From contig NW_024704743.1 of the NCBI RefSeq assembly GCF_018977255.1, positions 77,502,001-77,566,000 on the forward strand: 64,000 bases of DNA, written 5' to 3'. Position numbers and translations under genes: made by a program. The stretch is from Callorhinchus milii. Taxonomy: Eukaryota. Positions 50,051-62,779 of the stretch are shown one piece after another. Below the pieces are notes generated by a model. The model was not told where the DNA came from, made no database searches, and worked only from the letters and a program-made list of their open reading frames with translations. The stretch's first letter is position 1. Each line of letters starts with the position of its first letter.

Positions 50051-52358
50051 CAACAACAACTTGCACTTATATAGCACCCTCCATGCAGGGTAGTATCTCA
50101 GAGCGCCTAACAGTGGCGGAGCCTGACTCTGAGCCGGGGGGAGTGGGGAAGAGGCTGTAAGCACGGTCAAAGAGGAAGGTTTTCAGGCGGGACTTGAAAG
50201 AGGGGAGAGGTGGGGTGGAGGGTGTGACGGACAAGTAAGAGGCTGGTGCCAGTTGAGTGGAGGTGCCGGGTGGTGGATTGGGAAGTGAGGAGGTCGGAGA
50301 AGTAGGGAGGTGCCAGAGAGTGAATTGATTTGAACACGAGTATGAGGATTTTGAAGTCGATCCATTCGGTGATGGAGAGCCAATGAAGCCTGGCCAGAAC
50401 TGATGATGTGTGTATGGAGTTTGGTCTGGGTCAGTGTACAGGTGGCAGAGTTCTGAATGAGCTGGATCTTTTGAATGGTGGAGCTGGGGAGATCTAAGAG
50501 AAGTGCGTTTGAGTAATCCCGGCTGGAGGTGACAAACTCATGCACGAGGGTTTCAGCTGCATTTGAGGTAAGGTACGGTCGGAGGTGGGCAATATGACAG
50601 AGGTGGAAGAAGGTGGTCCTGGTCAGAGACCAGATGAGGGGAGGAGGAAGGACAGCTGGGGATCAAACCGGGACTTGATAAAGGGGAGAAGTGGGGGGGA
50701 GAATGCAAAGGACGAACACTGGTTCGGTCAGTGTGAGGGAGAGCCCAGGAAGGTTGAGGAGTTTTAGATCCACAGGAGTGAAGACGTTGATGGACTTTTA
50801 TCTTGTTCACATTCAGCTGCAGGAAGTTTGCACTCTGGATATCCAGGCTCTGATGTCTGCCAGACAAGCTGATAGAACATTGGCGGACATGGTTTTGGTA
50901 CTGGAGGAGGCAAAGTAGATTTGTGTGTCATCTGCATACATGTGGCCTCGCTTGCACCACTATTGGCGGGCGGGCATCTGCCACACTGCCCCCACCCTCT
51001 GGAACTCCATCCCATAGTGCCTCCGCCTCGTCTCCTCCCTTGCTTCCTTCAAGACCCATCTCAAGACCCTCCTCTTCAACTGTGCTTTCGATCTCCCTGC
51101 TTCCCCCCCTGCCCTCCACCCTCCCTGACCCCAGCTTGGGTCCAAAACTCTGTCTGTCCAGTGCCTTGGGAGTCCTCCTGATGTGAAAGGAGCTTACAAA
51201 TGTAATTTTGTTGTTGTTGATGTGGATGTTTACCCATATCTGCAGATGACATCACCCAGAGGGAGCATATAGATAAGGAAAAGAAGAGGGCCAAGGATGA
51301 AGCCCTGGGTACCCCGCAGTGACCGGGATGGGGGGTGGGAGGAGAAACCATTTGCCAAGATGAAATGGTGGTGGTTGGTTACGTAGGATTCGAACCATGT
51401 GAGTGCGGTCCCACTAAGGTGAATGAGAGAGGAGAGGCGGTGGAGGAAGATGGTGTGGTCAATTGCCTTGAACGCAACAGTAAGATACAGCAGGACGAGG
51501 AGGCAGCGGGAGCCCTGGTCACAGATGGAGACGACGTCATTTGTGAATTTGACAAGTGCTGTCTGTGCTGTGGGCAGAGTGAAAACCAGATTGCAGGGGC
51601 TCAAGGAGGGAGTGGACGGAGAGGTGTGACCGAAGTTGATCTGCAACAATGCATTCCAGCACTTTAACAAGGAAGGGTAGGTTGGAGGTGGAACAGTAGT
51701 GTGAGAGATTAGAGGGTTCAAAGGTGGGTTTTTTGAGGAGGGGTGTGATGGCAGCGGTTTTCAGGGGGAGTGGAACAGAGCCTGAGGAGAGAGTCTGGTT
51801 GACCATGTTGGCCAGTAGAGGGGAGAGGAGGGGGAATTGAGTGACCAGCAGCTGAGTGGGAAGGGGTTTGGGGTAGCAGGTGGTGAACCTCATGCAGATG
51901 ATTGTGGTTGAGAAGGAGGAAGGAGAAATGGGGGCAAAGGAGTGTAAGCAGAAAGGATGGCAGGAGCCATGGTGGAGGAAGCAGGCTGTGTGGATGGTCT
52001 GGGTGTTGTGGAAGGGGACATGGGTGGGTAGACAATGCAGCCAAACTGATGTTTTCAGTCTTTGAGGCGAATAAGTCTCGGACCTCTAGAGGATTTTGAG
52101 GGAGAGAGAGGAGGGATGGTAGAGGGTGACATGCTCAAAGGAGGAGAAACAGCTAGAGGAATAGGGGTTAGACCCAAGGGAAGCTTGGGAAATGAGGGCC
52201 ATGTTGGTTGGGGTCGGGGGTGTGAATAATGTAGGCAAGAGGGGAGGCTTCAATGTGGTGACGGGGTCACCGGGGGAGAGCCAGGTTTCTGTAAGGCCAA
52301 GAATATCAATGTGCTCATCCAGGATGAGGTCATGAATAGTAAGGGCTTTATTGGAGAG
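50051..52358 (-). mobile_element. Long degraded L2 LINE spanning endonuclease, RT and 3' end (internally deleted, frameshifted)
   Basis: APE N-terminus LSNKALTIHDLILDEHIDILGLTETWL at ~52270-52358; RT motifs QSGFHSAHST, QGFILGPLLFLIYMLPLG and HMYADDTQIY; C-terminal DYSNALL; (GTT)n tail at 50051. Confidence 0.92.
50946..51219 (+). mobile_element. Younger L2 3' fragment nested antisense in the RT domain of the long L2
   Basis: Aligns to 44820-45062; flanked by the 6-bp direct repeat atgtgg (50940-50945 and 51220-51225). Confidence 0.9.
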
Positions 52359-52880
52359 TTATGCTGTTTTAGCTGGTTAGACTCCAGCAGTATCCCAATG
52401 CACACTCTTGCCAACCTGCCTCAAATGCTTTCCAGAATCGGGTAAGCAGGATGCATCCCTTTAAGGAAGAGAGTGCCCACCCCATTCCAACAATCTATCG
52501 CTGGGAGTTCCATGTGTAGGTGGGATGCATGGAAATCTCAGTTTAGTTTGGATACTCTTGAGCATGGTGATGGGTCGATTTTAATTGCCAGAATTCTTGA
52601 ATATGTATCTGTGGATTCAATGAGGAGATACAAATATGCATATAAAGTCTTAGTAAAATAGTATTAAAAGTCTTAGTATCCCACAGCGCACAGTGAGATT
52701 GGCATGCTATCTCCCAAGTGATGGTGACTGACTAAGGTCTTTTACAGCAATCTTCCCCACAAGTGTGATAATGTGCAAATTGTAATATTTTTTACATATT
52801 TCAACAAAAGGGATTTGTTGAAAGGTTGAAATCATATAGAGGCAAGTGGGCTCAGAATAAGGTTGAGTACAGTTATTTAA

Positions 52881-53293
52881 TGCCCTGTTTATACTGCTGG
52901 AACTGAAGTGATTCTGCTTTCAGCAGTCAGAGTGATGTGGAGTGGGAAGCCTGCTTTATGCAGTGCTTCCCACTCCTAATCACATTGGCCTGGGGCTCAC
53001 GAGAGTTCTACTCATGTGCAACTAAGCACATGGGCAGAACTCCGATATTGAGCATCAGGGTGTTTTTTTTAATGTTACTTTAATAACATTAGTAAATAGT
53101 CCATTGAAAGTTCTTGGGCTGTCTAATTAATATTAATTTACAAGAGACCATCTCAGAGAAAAGCTCAACTGAATTTGCACTCTCTTTATAATGCAGCAAT
53201 GTGAATCTTAACCATCTTCTCACGGCGGTTTCAGCAACTGGGCTGCACTGTGCAAGATTTAAATACCTTCAGTTCCTGCTACTCAATCAGGAT
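52881..53293. mobile_element. Possible fossil foldback / non-autonomous DNA transposon with internal hairpins
   Basis: Degenerate terminal inverted repeats (GCTGGAACTGAAG vs CTTCAGTTCCTGC, 12/13) and two strong internal hairpins. Confidence 0.45.
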
Positions 53294-54659
53294 TTACACT
53301 GTGGCTTTTGCTTTGCACTGTATCACAGGATAAGCACAGTGTAAGATGCAAATTCCAACAATTAGACTGGTAGCCAAACAGAGAAATCCAGGGTATGTCA
53401 AAAAGAATTACCAGGTATCTCCGTATCAAAGAGTAGGAGGCCAGGCTGGATATAAATTTGATGAATCAGCGTTTATGTTCGAAACTGAAACAGCAACAGA
53501 CAAATTGCATTAGGGTAAGAACAAACGTTAAAGAGACACTACTGAAATCAAGTAACAAAGTGAGTGGAAGATTAAATAAGTTTAAGGGATGTCAGGAAGA
53601 GTGAATTCAACAGTTGCAAAAGGTCTCTCAAGCAAAACATATCATTGCTGTAGTGATATTTTAAGTGAAAAAGGCACCCAAGACAATAATAAAATAATGC
53701 TTGCATTTGATATAACACCTTTCACACCTCAAAGTGCTCCATAAAACTTGCTGTAAAGTGTAGTAGCTGTGAACTCAACAGCTAATTTCCCTCAAACATG
53801 AATGAAGTGAATAACCAATTTTATTTGGGAGATTTTTGGCCAGGGCACGGAAAAAAGAGCCTTCAATAATTTCTCATATAAGAAAATAGTCTGAGGACTA
53901 ATTTGTGGTAATTCTTAAGAGAAATTTGTCAGAATTTCAGTCCATATGTGAGTTTGCATTGGAGCAGTTCCCATGGATTAGACTGCATGCTTCTGGTTAC
54001 TGGATGGAATTCTCATTTTCGAGACTCAGATTCCTGATTGAGGAATCCTGTTAAGAAATATCAAATTAAACATTGCGATGTTCAGGGTTTAACCTGTTTA
54101 GCTGTGTAGCTAACTTGTATGAGGAGGCATTAAATTAAATTATATTTCTTCAGAAACAGAGCAGGTTCTTTTTTCTCATGACGATAGCACCAATATGTCA
54201 GGGAATTTCCCGGAGGTCCCAGGAGACAGTGAGTAAGGATTAACCAGAACGTACTGTATAAACAGAGTTCTTCATTGATCATGAGATATCCTGTATTAAT
54301 TAATAATGAAATTAGTTAATTAATAATGAAAAGTATTTCAGACAATTTTGAAGATTGCAGTGGGGAGGGAAGGATGACCCAAAGAACACTTTATGTTGGT
54401 GAATAGTTTTAGGTATTTGTCTCTGTGACTGGTGAAAACAAAGGAAAGGGGGGAGGGAGTAAAAATAAGGCTGACTATGATCATTTAAAGGACTACTCCA
54501 ATATAGGACCATAATTACATGGTAACTTTGACAATGTTCCTGATGTATCCCAGTGTAAACATGATTTATTGAAAATTGAACATTTTTAATATTTATTTTT
54601 AAAATCTTTATTGGTATATCCTGAGACCTTCCAGTAATAGGCCAGGTCAGAAACAGTCA

Positions 54660-54895
54660 CTGACCGAGCATGCTCACCCTGTTCGACATCCCCATACATG
54701 AACCTTCCAGCAGGGGTCTCTCGCTGGCATTCAGGAACAAGGGTCCTGGTAGATTTTTCCCTTCTCTACCCCTGGAGTACTGAGGCCAATGAATGATAGT
54801 GCCAAGATCACCTCTCTCAACATAGACCTGCAACCTTCCGTTCTTTAAGATCTAGTGCTGCGCTAGATAGGGCCTGTAAAACCCAGGCCATAGGA
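54660..54895 (-). mobile_element. Ancient tRNA-derived SINE remnant, second family
   Basis: ttccagcaggggtc...gatttttcccttctctacccctggagtactgaggccaat; similar to 24880-25031 and 62780-63020. Confidence 0.5.
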
Positions 54896-55805
54896 GAAGC
54901 ATAATAAAAATAACAGTTACAAAAAAATTACAACAGTTCACTAAGAATTCTGTATTTGTACAATAAAGACCCACCCAGCCAGTGGAGAAAACATAAAAAA
55001 TATTACTTTCGCCACTTTAGGCCTGATTTTCATTGAAAAGCTCTTTTCAGGAGTTCATCACAGTGTTGTTAGTAAGCTGTTAAAACTGTCCTGTTTAACT
55101 TTGGGTATTAAAATGTGGATAATTCCTCATTATTATAAGAGCAGAATGCAAGGAAGCAAGATACTGTACTGCAAAGAGGGTGGGAACTAGTTCAAAATGC
55201 CTGTGCCCCTGAGTGCAGTAACAAAGGATTCAGATCAATCATTTCATTAGAAGCAGTAAGAGCTCCGATCGCTCCTTCATGTCTGAGCCAATAACAGAAG
55301 GAATGAAGGCTCCTGGAGCCACCAATCAATGGGAGTGATGAAACATCAATAATCCACTCATGGGCATACTTGAGACTGACTAATATTCCGGCTGCATGAT
55401 TTGTATTGAGCACTTGTCTGATGGCTGGAGCACAGTGTAATGAACTATCCCACAAATCACGCTTTAATGTGAATCTGCTTATACATATTGCTTAATTAAA
55501 AGTTGTGATCTTATTAACATGTGCTTTGGCACTGAACACTGGAGATGTAATCTTCATCTGGGTGACGAGGACTGGGTTGTAAAAGTTTTATAGATGACCC
55601 AGACTATTAAATTCTACCTCTTAAGAAGCTGTCATTTAATATGAGATTTCTTTTCTTTTCCTGCATATTTATGCCTTTGCAATGGGAAGGTGGGAGATGT
55701 GTGTGGGTGGGTGGGTGGATGCATGATAATAACACTGGTATTTACAGTCATGAGTAATTAATATAAAGTTGTGATATTATTATAGTTGTTAAGATCACAA
55801 CTTTA

Positions 55806-55982
55806 ATAATTTGGTCACCCAACCCACGACTGTTTATGGGACATTGCTGTATGCAATTGGCTGCAGTGTTTCGCCCACAAAATATACAGTCAATTCACTT
55901 TACAGTATACTTTGTGAAGTTCTTTGAGACGTCTTGACAACGTGATAAGGCCCTATATCAAATGCAAGGACTATTATTATTA
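55806..55982 (+). mobile_element. 5'-truncated SINE with older tail type
   Basis: aatttggtcacccaacccacgactgtttatgggacattgctg...gtgataaggccctatatcaaatgcaagg. Confidence 0.85.
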
Positions 55983-58399
55983 TATGATTATATTCTAAAA
56001 TTAGTGTTTGTAGATTACAAGGTGAGAGTAAACTTCCTGATAGCATACTGTAACCAGTGGGAATGTTGTCCTGCACAAGTGGATTTCTCAAAGAGAACAA
56101 TCATGATCAAAACAAATTTTGAAGGATTTTCCCCATCTTGACAGTCATTACTACTGTTGATTTAAGGCTGAATTATTGATTTAGTGAATTAGAGGATCCT
56201 AGTTTTGAACAAGAGGCAGAGAAAAGGGATGGAAACAAAAAGCTCTGGTGTTAATCTGAAAACAAACCAATCCACAGACAGCTTTGTTAAGAGGTGACAT
56301 TTTTCAAGAGAATCTGTAAGGGCTCTGTCACCCTAGTATGTCTGATCCACGATTTAGCAGCTGAACTGAATGAACACCGGGCTTCAATCAGGGGCCTGGA
56401 AATGGGAAGAGTTGGATAATGAATTGTTTTCATTTTTTTAAAAAAGCTTAAGTGCCCAGGACTCATCCAGGGTTAAGTACTTACCATTTCTAGGATTTAC
56501 CGCTTTAACACTGAGCTGGGGGAACTCTGGTGAAGGGGCTTACATCTTGTTTTGCACATATTGCTGAACTTTAGTGCTCCGCATTTAAACCAAACACTTA
56601 TTCAGACAATAGGCCCAGCGATGAGCATGATGGGTTCAGCTTCTCAGGTCCCAAACAGGAAACATTGCAGTGAAGGCCACAGTATTGTGCCACAAAGAGT
56701 TTGTAATCGTTTACTAGCAAAAGGAGGTAGGGGAGACTGCTGATACTGTGCAGAAACACCAATTGGAGCTAGATTAATACTGACATCAATAACAACTATC
56801 GCTCAGCTCAGCCTTTCTTACACAGGAGCCACCTTCCAGGCAGATAACAGTAAAAACACACAGTATAACACTTGGAATAAGATCAGATGGCACATTGTTG
56901 TATGCAGGTCACATCACAGCCATATAATGACTTGAAGATGCTAATCCCAAGATGAATGCTATGGCAGCTTTGAAATCTCCATCAACACAAGGAAAATTAA
57001 GCTGTCCCTATCCAGATTCATTCTAGCAGTTTGACGAGCAGAACATTGCTGTTTGCTTGCTGTCTTGTAAGGATGGTACTTTTTTTTAACAGCCTTAAAC
57101 TCCCATGTTTAATATAATGGATTCTCAAGTGGATTATAACAGGCTGGTAATTGCATTCATATGTCTCAGCTTTAACCAGTTGGTCTGTTTTAAACAAAGA
57201 TTTAAACATTGAATTGGCATGAAACACAAATGGATATATTATTGGCAGCAATGATGCTCCAATCCATCCATTAATATTTAGGTAAACACACTATGTTGCA
57301 TTCGTTCATAGAAGCTGTTGGGAATGATTTTGCTTTTAAATATATATGCATATGAATTTAATGATTAAAAAAATCAATTAATATGTACAATTCACAGAGG
57401 AGGTGGAATTGATTTATAGTAATAATCTCTGCTGAAGATGCCATTGATGGATAAAAATGGTACAGAAAATAAAGGAGAAATCAGGGGAGCAAACATTTTT
57501 ACATTGAAAAGCTTTTCCTTGTAGTGCATATGTATTTTTGGGTGGTGTAAGTTTCCCATAATATACCATACATAAGAAGATATTTTTGCTAAATTGATAG
57601 GAATTATTCAAGCAGAAATCTTAACCAGGACACATTACTGTTTAATCTGAATGTGCTTTTCTCCATTGCCCATTTTCCGGTATAACCAACAGGCTGTTTT
57701 ATGCAGATTATTGTTTAATGACGCTCCTCTGTTTTAATGAGGTGAGTGTGTGATTTCATTAAATGTTTCCTTGTAGGCAAGATTGATGCATCTTTTCCTG
57801 GTTGTCAAGTTAATCCACACTAATGTTGATGCTGTTGCAGAGTCTATTCACAAATGGGCAGTAATACGAAGCAATAAGGATAAACCAAAGTACGAGAGGA
57901 AGATGCCACAGCACAGAATGGTGGAGAGGGTAAAAGCATTGTGCAAGCAGCTGTGTGATAAAAGATACATTTGAATTAAATACTGATCTGGGAGCTGGAG
58001 AGCTTTTTATTTTCTAAAGCTATGGATTACAATTAATTTTAAATGTGCCGACTTTCAGAACTATCATGAGGCAGTAGTTTTTATAGCTTTACAGATGATT
58101 AAAAAGTCATTTTCTCAAATGTTCTCACTGGAATTTTTGGAAGAAAAACATTTAATTGCAACTATAAAATGTGCATGCTTTCTGCACAAAGTGTAATTTG
58201 TACAATGCTGCAATACGGTTGGTTATTTGTCATATTTCAAATCAAATCATTCCCCATTGTATTTACACAAAGATATCACTGTTTATAAAGTACGACAATT
58301 AATCATTGCTTAATGCATCAGCTAGTATGAGAGCAACCACCTTTAAAAAGAGGTCAGGTTGCAAAATCTTAAACAGAAATTAACTTAAAGACAAAAACT

Positions 58400-59031
58400 T
58401 GAAAACCTGAGGCAAGTTTCCTCTCTCCAAACACACACGCCTCTATTTACCTAGCAGTAAATATGAACCTGCTTGTTAGTAGATTGACGTATCACTTTCC
58501 AGGGATAATAAACCCTTTAAAATAAATTTTAAAATAATTTGGTGACTCAATCCACGACTGTTTGTGGAATAATGTGGAGTCCTGTAGCTCAGTGGTTAGA
58601 GCACTCCCTTTGCAAGCGAGAGACCTGAGTTCAATTCCAGGCAGAGGGCGAAACCTTGGGCAAGTTTCCTTACTCCACACGCCTAATAATAATCCCTCCA
58701 AAACCAAAATCAATAATAAATTGGTCATTTTCAATCTACGACTGTTTGTGGGACATTGCTGTGTGCAATTGGCTGCCGCGTTCGCCCACAAATATAGAGT
58801 CAATTCACTTTACAGTGTGTTCTGTGAAGCGCTTTGGGACGTCCTCCCGACGTGAAAAGCGCTATATCAAATGCAAGGATTAGGATTATTAATGAGTTGC
58901 GCAATTGGCTGCCACAATTCGCCCCCAAAACACACGCAGTCATTACAGTTTACAGTGTATCCTGTGAATTGCTTTGAGATGTCACAAAGATGTGATAAAG
59001 CGCTGTATCAAATGCAAGGATTGTTATTATT
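58400..59031 (+). mobile_element. Old long-form SINE hosting young SINE copy 5
   Basis: cctgaggcaagtttcc...gcctctatttacctagcagtaaat...gactgtttgtggaataatg | insertion | agttgcgcaattggctgcc...tail. Confidence 0.8.
58575..58889 (+). mobile_element. Young tRNA-Ala-derived SINE, full length (copy 5)
   Basis: Near-identical to the other copies; taatg on both sides (58570-58574 and 58890-58894). Confidence 0.95.
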
Positions 59032-59518
59032 ATGATAGTTAAATATTCAATAGTTACATCCAGCTGATAATACGATCACACATCTGAAATATGTGATCCT
59101 ATTACCTTTTTGACCATTTACAAAAAGAAACATTGACAAAATCCTGATAAGTGCAAAATGGACATATACTCCAATAGTCTTTTCACTGTAGAGGTAGCAT
59201 TTAGTTTCTATTCTTTTTGGCAATCATATTTCCAAAGCGTTATTACCTAACCTATTACTGTATATAACAACTTAGATTTGTCTAAATGCCTTACTATGTT
59301 AAAATATTTCAAAGTGCTTTACAGCAATTGCTGTCAAGTGGTGTAGAATGTATCTATCTAAATGTACATGTATGGAATGTCTATATGTATAAAAAGTATA
59401 AATTACATTAAATTGGCTTAATGTTTTTACTTTTTGTTAATGTAAGAAAACTTGTCTATCCACCTTGCTCAAAGTGAATTGAAATCTTTAATAGTATATT
59501 TAACTTTAAGGGGTAATA

Positions 59519-59622
59519 CAGGGTGACCAAAAAGTCTTACTTTTCAGCTCCCCTATAATGTACAAAAAAACTTTGAGACTTACTCAACATTGTAATGGTA
59601 TCACCACATTTTGGTTACCCTG
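59519..59622. mobile_element. 104-bp Tc1/mariner-type MITE
   Basis: TA-CAGGGTGACCAAAA ... TTTTGGTTACCCTG-TA: 14-bp TIRs (13/14 identical) with TA on both sides. Confidence 0.75.
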
Positions 59623-59904
59623 TAAAAGCAAATCCCATTGATGTTCAGCTGTTTAAGTAGTCTAATCCATTTGAATATTTTAGTTGGACATGACATTGAC
59701 TACGTATTACCATTGTGAATATGTTTTTTCTGCATTTAGCACTTCAAGTGCATGTGTGATAATAGGAATATATGAAAGAATTACAGCTGCAAAATACACA
59801 GGCTCCAATTTTATGGTCCATAGATGTAAAGGTCCATTTGGCACTGCAAGTTCATTGAAGTATAAAATTCTCCTTGAAATAGGAATCTATGATGGCAGCG
59901 CTCA

Positions 59905-60110
59905 AAACAACAACAATTTGTATTTATATAGCACCCTTCATGTAGGATAACAGAGTGCTTCACAGTGGCGGGATTAGGCGCTGAGCAAATGGGAGAGAGA
60001 TGTTACCATAAAGAGGTAAGTCTTAAACTGTGATTTTATGCAAGATAAAGAGTGGGGTGAGGTGGAGGGATTGAGGTAGGGAGTTTCAGGGCTTAGAAGT
60101 ATAGTGACTA
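59905..60110 (-). mobile_element. Degraded L2 LINE 3' end
   Basis: aacaacaacaatttgtatttatatagcacccttca...gtgcttcacagtggcgg...gggagtttcaggg. Confidence 0.7.
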
Positions 60111-61109
60111 CTACTAGTCATTACCATTATTCAGAGGTCAACGATGGCGGTGGGGCACCAAGCCTAGCTTTAACACTGTATGTTTAATGTGTCTAGGCGT
60201 AGGTCCACAGATATATAAAAGTAATGGTGTTACTGGTTCCAATTCAACTTCCATCTGAAATTTTATTAGGTAAATTGGAGATTAATTCCTCAGATCTCAG
60301 AGCTAACAAAAGGATAAATTGCCGGCCTCTTTTGTTTTCTCTTTAACATAACCCAGTCTCACTTCATATTTATGAATTTCTCCTGTGTTTTTTTCTAATC
60401 TGACTTCCTGTTGTCTATCTGTTTGAAGCACCACGTTAACTGTGTTCTCAGCCAATCTACCTCGCAGTGCACTTTGGCTGCGCGTTACAAAATAGGTCAA
60501 CTGTCTTCACCCTGGATGTAAGTAGGGAGAATTATTTGGAACACCTGCTCTGTGTGGCAAAGTTACACTATTGTTCTTTAGCGGTGGATGAATGGTGATT
60601 CGAAATCAACATCTTGAATCCTACATTCCTTCAGAAAAGTACATTAACAAGTGCTTCCCCTAAGGGAGAAGCTTTGAATAAATGTATTTTTTGTGCTAGA
60701 CGACTGCAATTATGACTCACAGATCATTCTTATAAATAAATTGAATGGAAGGGTTTGTTTGCACTTTCTGTGTTATTAGGTTTGTTTACATGCTGCTATT
60801 TCTGATCACTGCATGAAAGACCTGCATCACTTGAGCTAAATGAGAAGAAATAGCAGACTTACCTACAAAAGACTATGTATCCAAAATTCTCTTTCATTTA
60901 CACCTCAGAACTTTAGCTGAAATGCAGGAAAACCGAGTTGAAACAAAATCTAATTTAAAAGAGAACTGCTAGTGATTTTTTCTTGGTCAACTCGATGTCT
61001 GACACTTGCGGAAACCCATCACCAATCTTAAGAGTATCCCAACTAATTGACGAAGCAGTTCTGAACTCTTCGTGACTAAGTCTTTAGGAAATATATTTGC
61101 TATGTTTAT

Positions 61110-61470
61110 GACAATTCTAAGCTGACACTCTGATGCAGAGTGGGTGAATGATGCATTATTGGAGATGTTATCCTTCGGTTGAGACATTAAACTGAGGTCC
61201 CATTAGCATCTTCAGATGGACATTAAAAATCCTGATGCACTATTTGAAAAGAGAGTTTCTCCTGGTGTTCTAACCAACAATCCCCCAAATAAAATTTGTC
61301 ATTCACTTTATGGCTGTTTGTGGGACATTGGTGTTTTCAAATTAGCTGCTTCATCTGCCCACAAATACATAGTCACTACACTTTACAGTTTATCCCGTAA
61401 AGCATTTAGAGTTGTCCTCCTGAGGTGAAAGGCGCTATATCAAATGTAAGGATTATTACTATTATTAATA
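61110..61470 (+). mobile_element. Old Deu-domain SINE (body and tail)
   Basis: ctaagctgacactc...ccttcggttgagacattaaactgaggtccc...gtttgtgggacattgg...gtgaaaggcgctatatcaaatgtaaggattatt. Confidence 0.8.
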
Positions 61471-62779
61471 CAAGTGGCAATAAATCAATTGTGTGGGGGC
61501 ATATGATTGAATCTTCATGACAAAAAACACTCACAGCTCTTTCTTTACTCTTCCTCAACAGTCAAAAAAGTAAGGACATTTTCATAAAGATGATACCTCT
61601 TTAAATATAGCACCGGGAACAAAAATATCATCTGTGCTACCAATCCAAACAGAAGTCATTTGTGTTGCTTCCCAGCCAGGAATAGCACTACAACCAGTTT
61701 GGGGGAATATTTCATCTCAGAGGTGTTTTGCCATCTCTCTTGCCAAGTGCAATGAATTTAACATTTGTTGTACAACCAGATGGTAACCTTTCACATTTTT
61801 TCTTTCTGGATAAGAAAAACTGTGAAGTGGAAAGATGGCAAGTGGTATGTTAAACTTATGATTTTGTGGTCAGATTGATAGCTACAATTTTGAACTATAA
61901 TTCTTTAGCTTATGCACCAGCCACAAAGCAAAACCTCCCACGAATGAGATAGTGATAGTCCATTTCTCATAATCCTTGTATTTGATATAGCACCTTATCA
62001 CATCTTCGAGGTGTCTCAAAGTGCTTTACAGAATTTACTATAAAGTGAATTGACTGTATATTTTGTGAGCGAAACGCGGCAGTCAATTGTGCTAATACAA
62101 TGCTGTGTGCCTATATCCACATAAAGCACGTAGCCTTCTGTGTAGGAACTTTCAAAACTAACAAATATTTGAAGATGTGATAATCATCACATAGCATATT
62201 ATTCACTCATACAACATGTGAATAAATGAGGACTGTATTCTAACAGGTGGATTCAGACAAAGAGTGAAATCAAGAGCTATAGATAATTAACTTAACCATG
62301 GTATTTATATTTGTCCTTTCAGATAGCAAAATTATAATTCTGGACATAATAAAACTGACATTTTAAATTGATGGTAACAATACAATTTACACACAATTTA
62401 TATAGAACCTTTCAAGTCATGAGGGCATCCCAAAGAGCATTCACAGTCCTGGATGGCTCCTGAGCTGGGGATAGGGTAGCCGAAGAGGCTAGCAAGGAGA
62501 AAGATGACCAAAAGCAGTCAAAGAGGTATATTTTGAGATGTGCCTTGAAAAAGGAGAATGAGGGAATGTGTCAAAAAGATTCAAGGGTGGAGTTCGAAAA
62601 AGATAATCTCAAGGCACACAATACAAATTTCTAAATATTTTTATTCCTCAACAGTTTTCTCCTTTCTACCTCGTCTCCTAAGGCAATTTGACTCTATTTA
62701 TCCTCGCCCCAAGCATTTACACAGGTGTCTTTTACTCAGTGTAAATATTAAGTTAGTATATTGAACTATAGGGCCTCAC

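Noticed and set aside
57777..57786. Candidate terminal exon after ttccttgtag (would add E-Q-D-stop to a 42309 donor)
   Set aside because: Only an acceptor-like motif; no homology or other support.
58575..58650. tRNA-Ala(TGC) gene (also at the other SINE heads)
   Set aside because: Irregular T-arm, no Pol III terminator right after, and always fused to the same SINE body and tail.
58562..58883. Recurrent 80-97 aa ORFs (MESCSSVVRALALQ..., INWSFSIYDCLWD...) suggesting a multicopy small-protein family
   Set aside because: They are translations of SINE copies; frames shift between copies.
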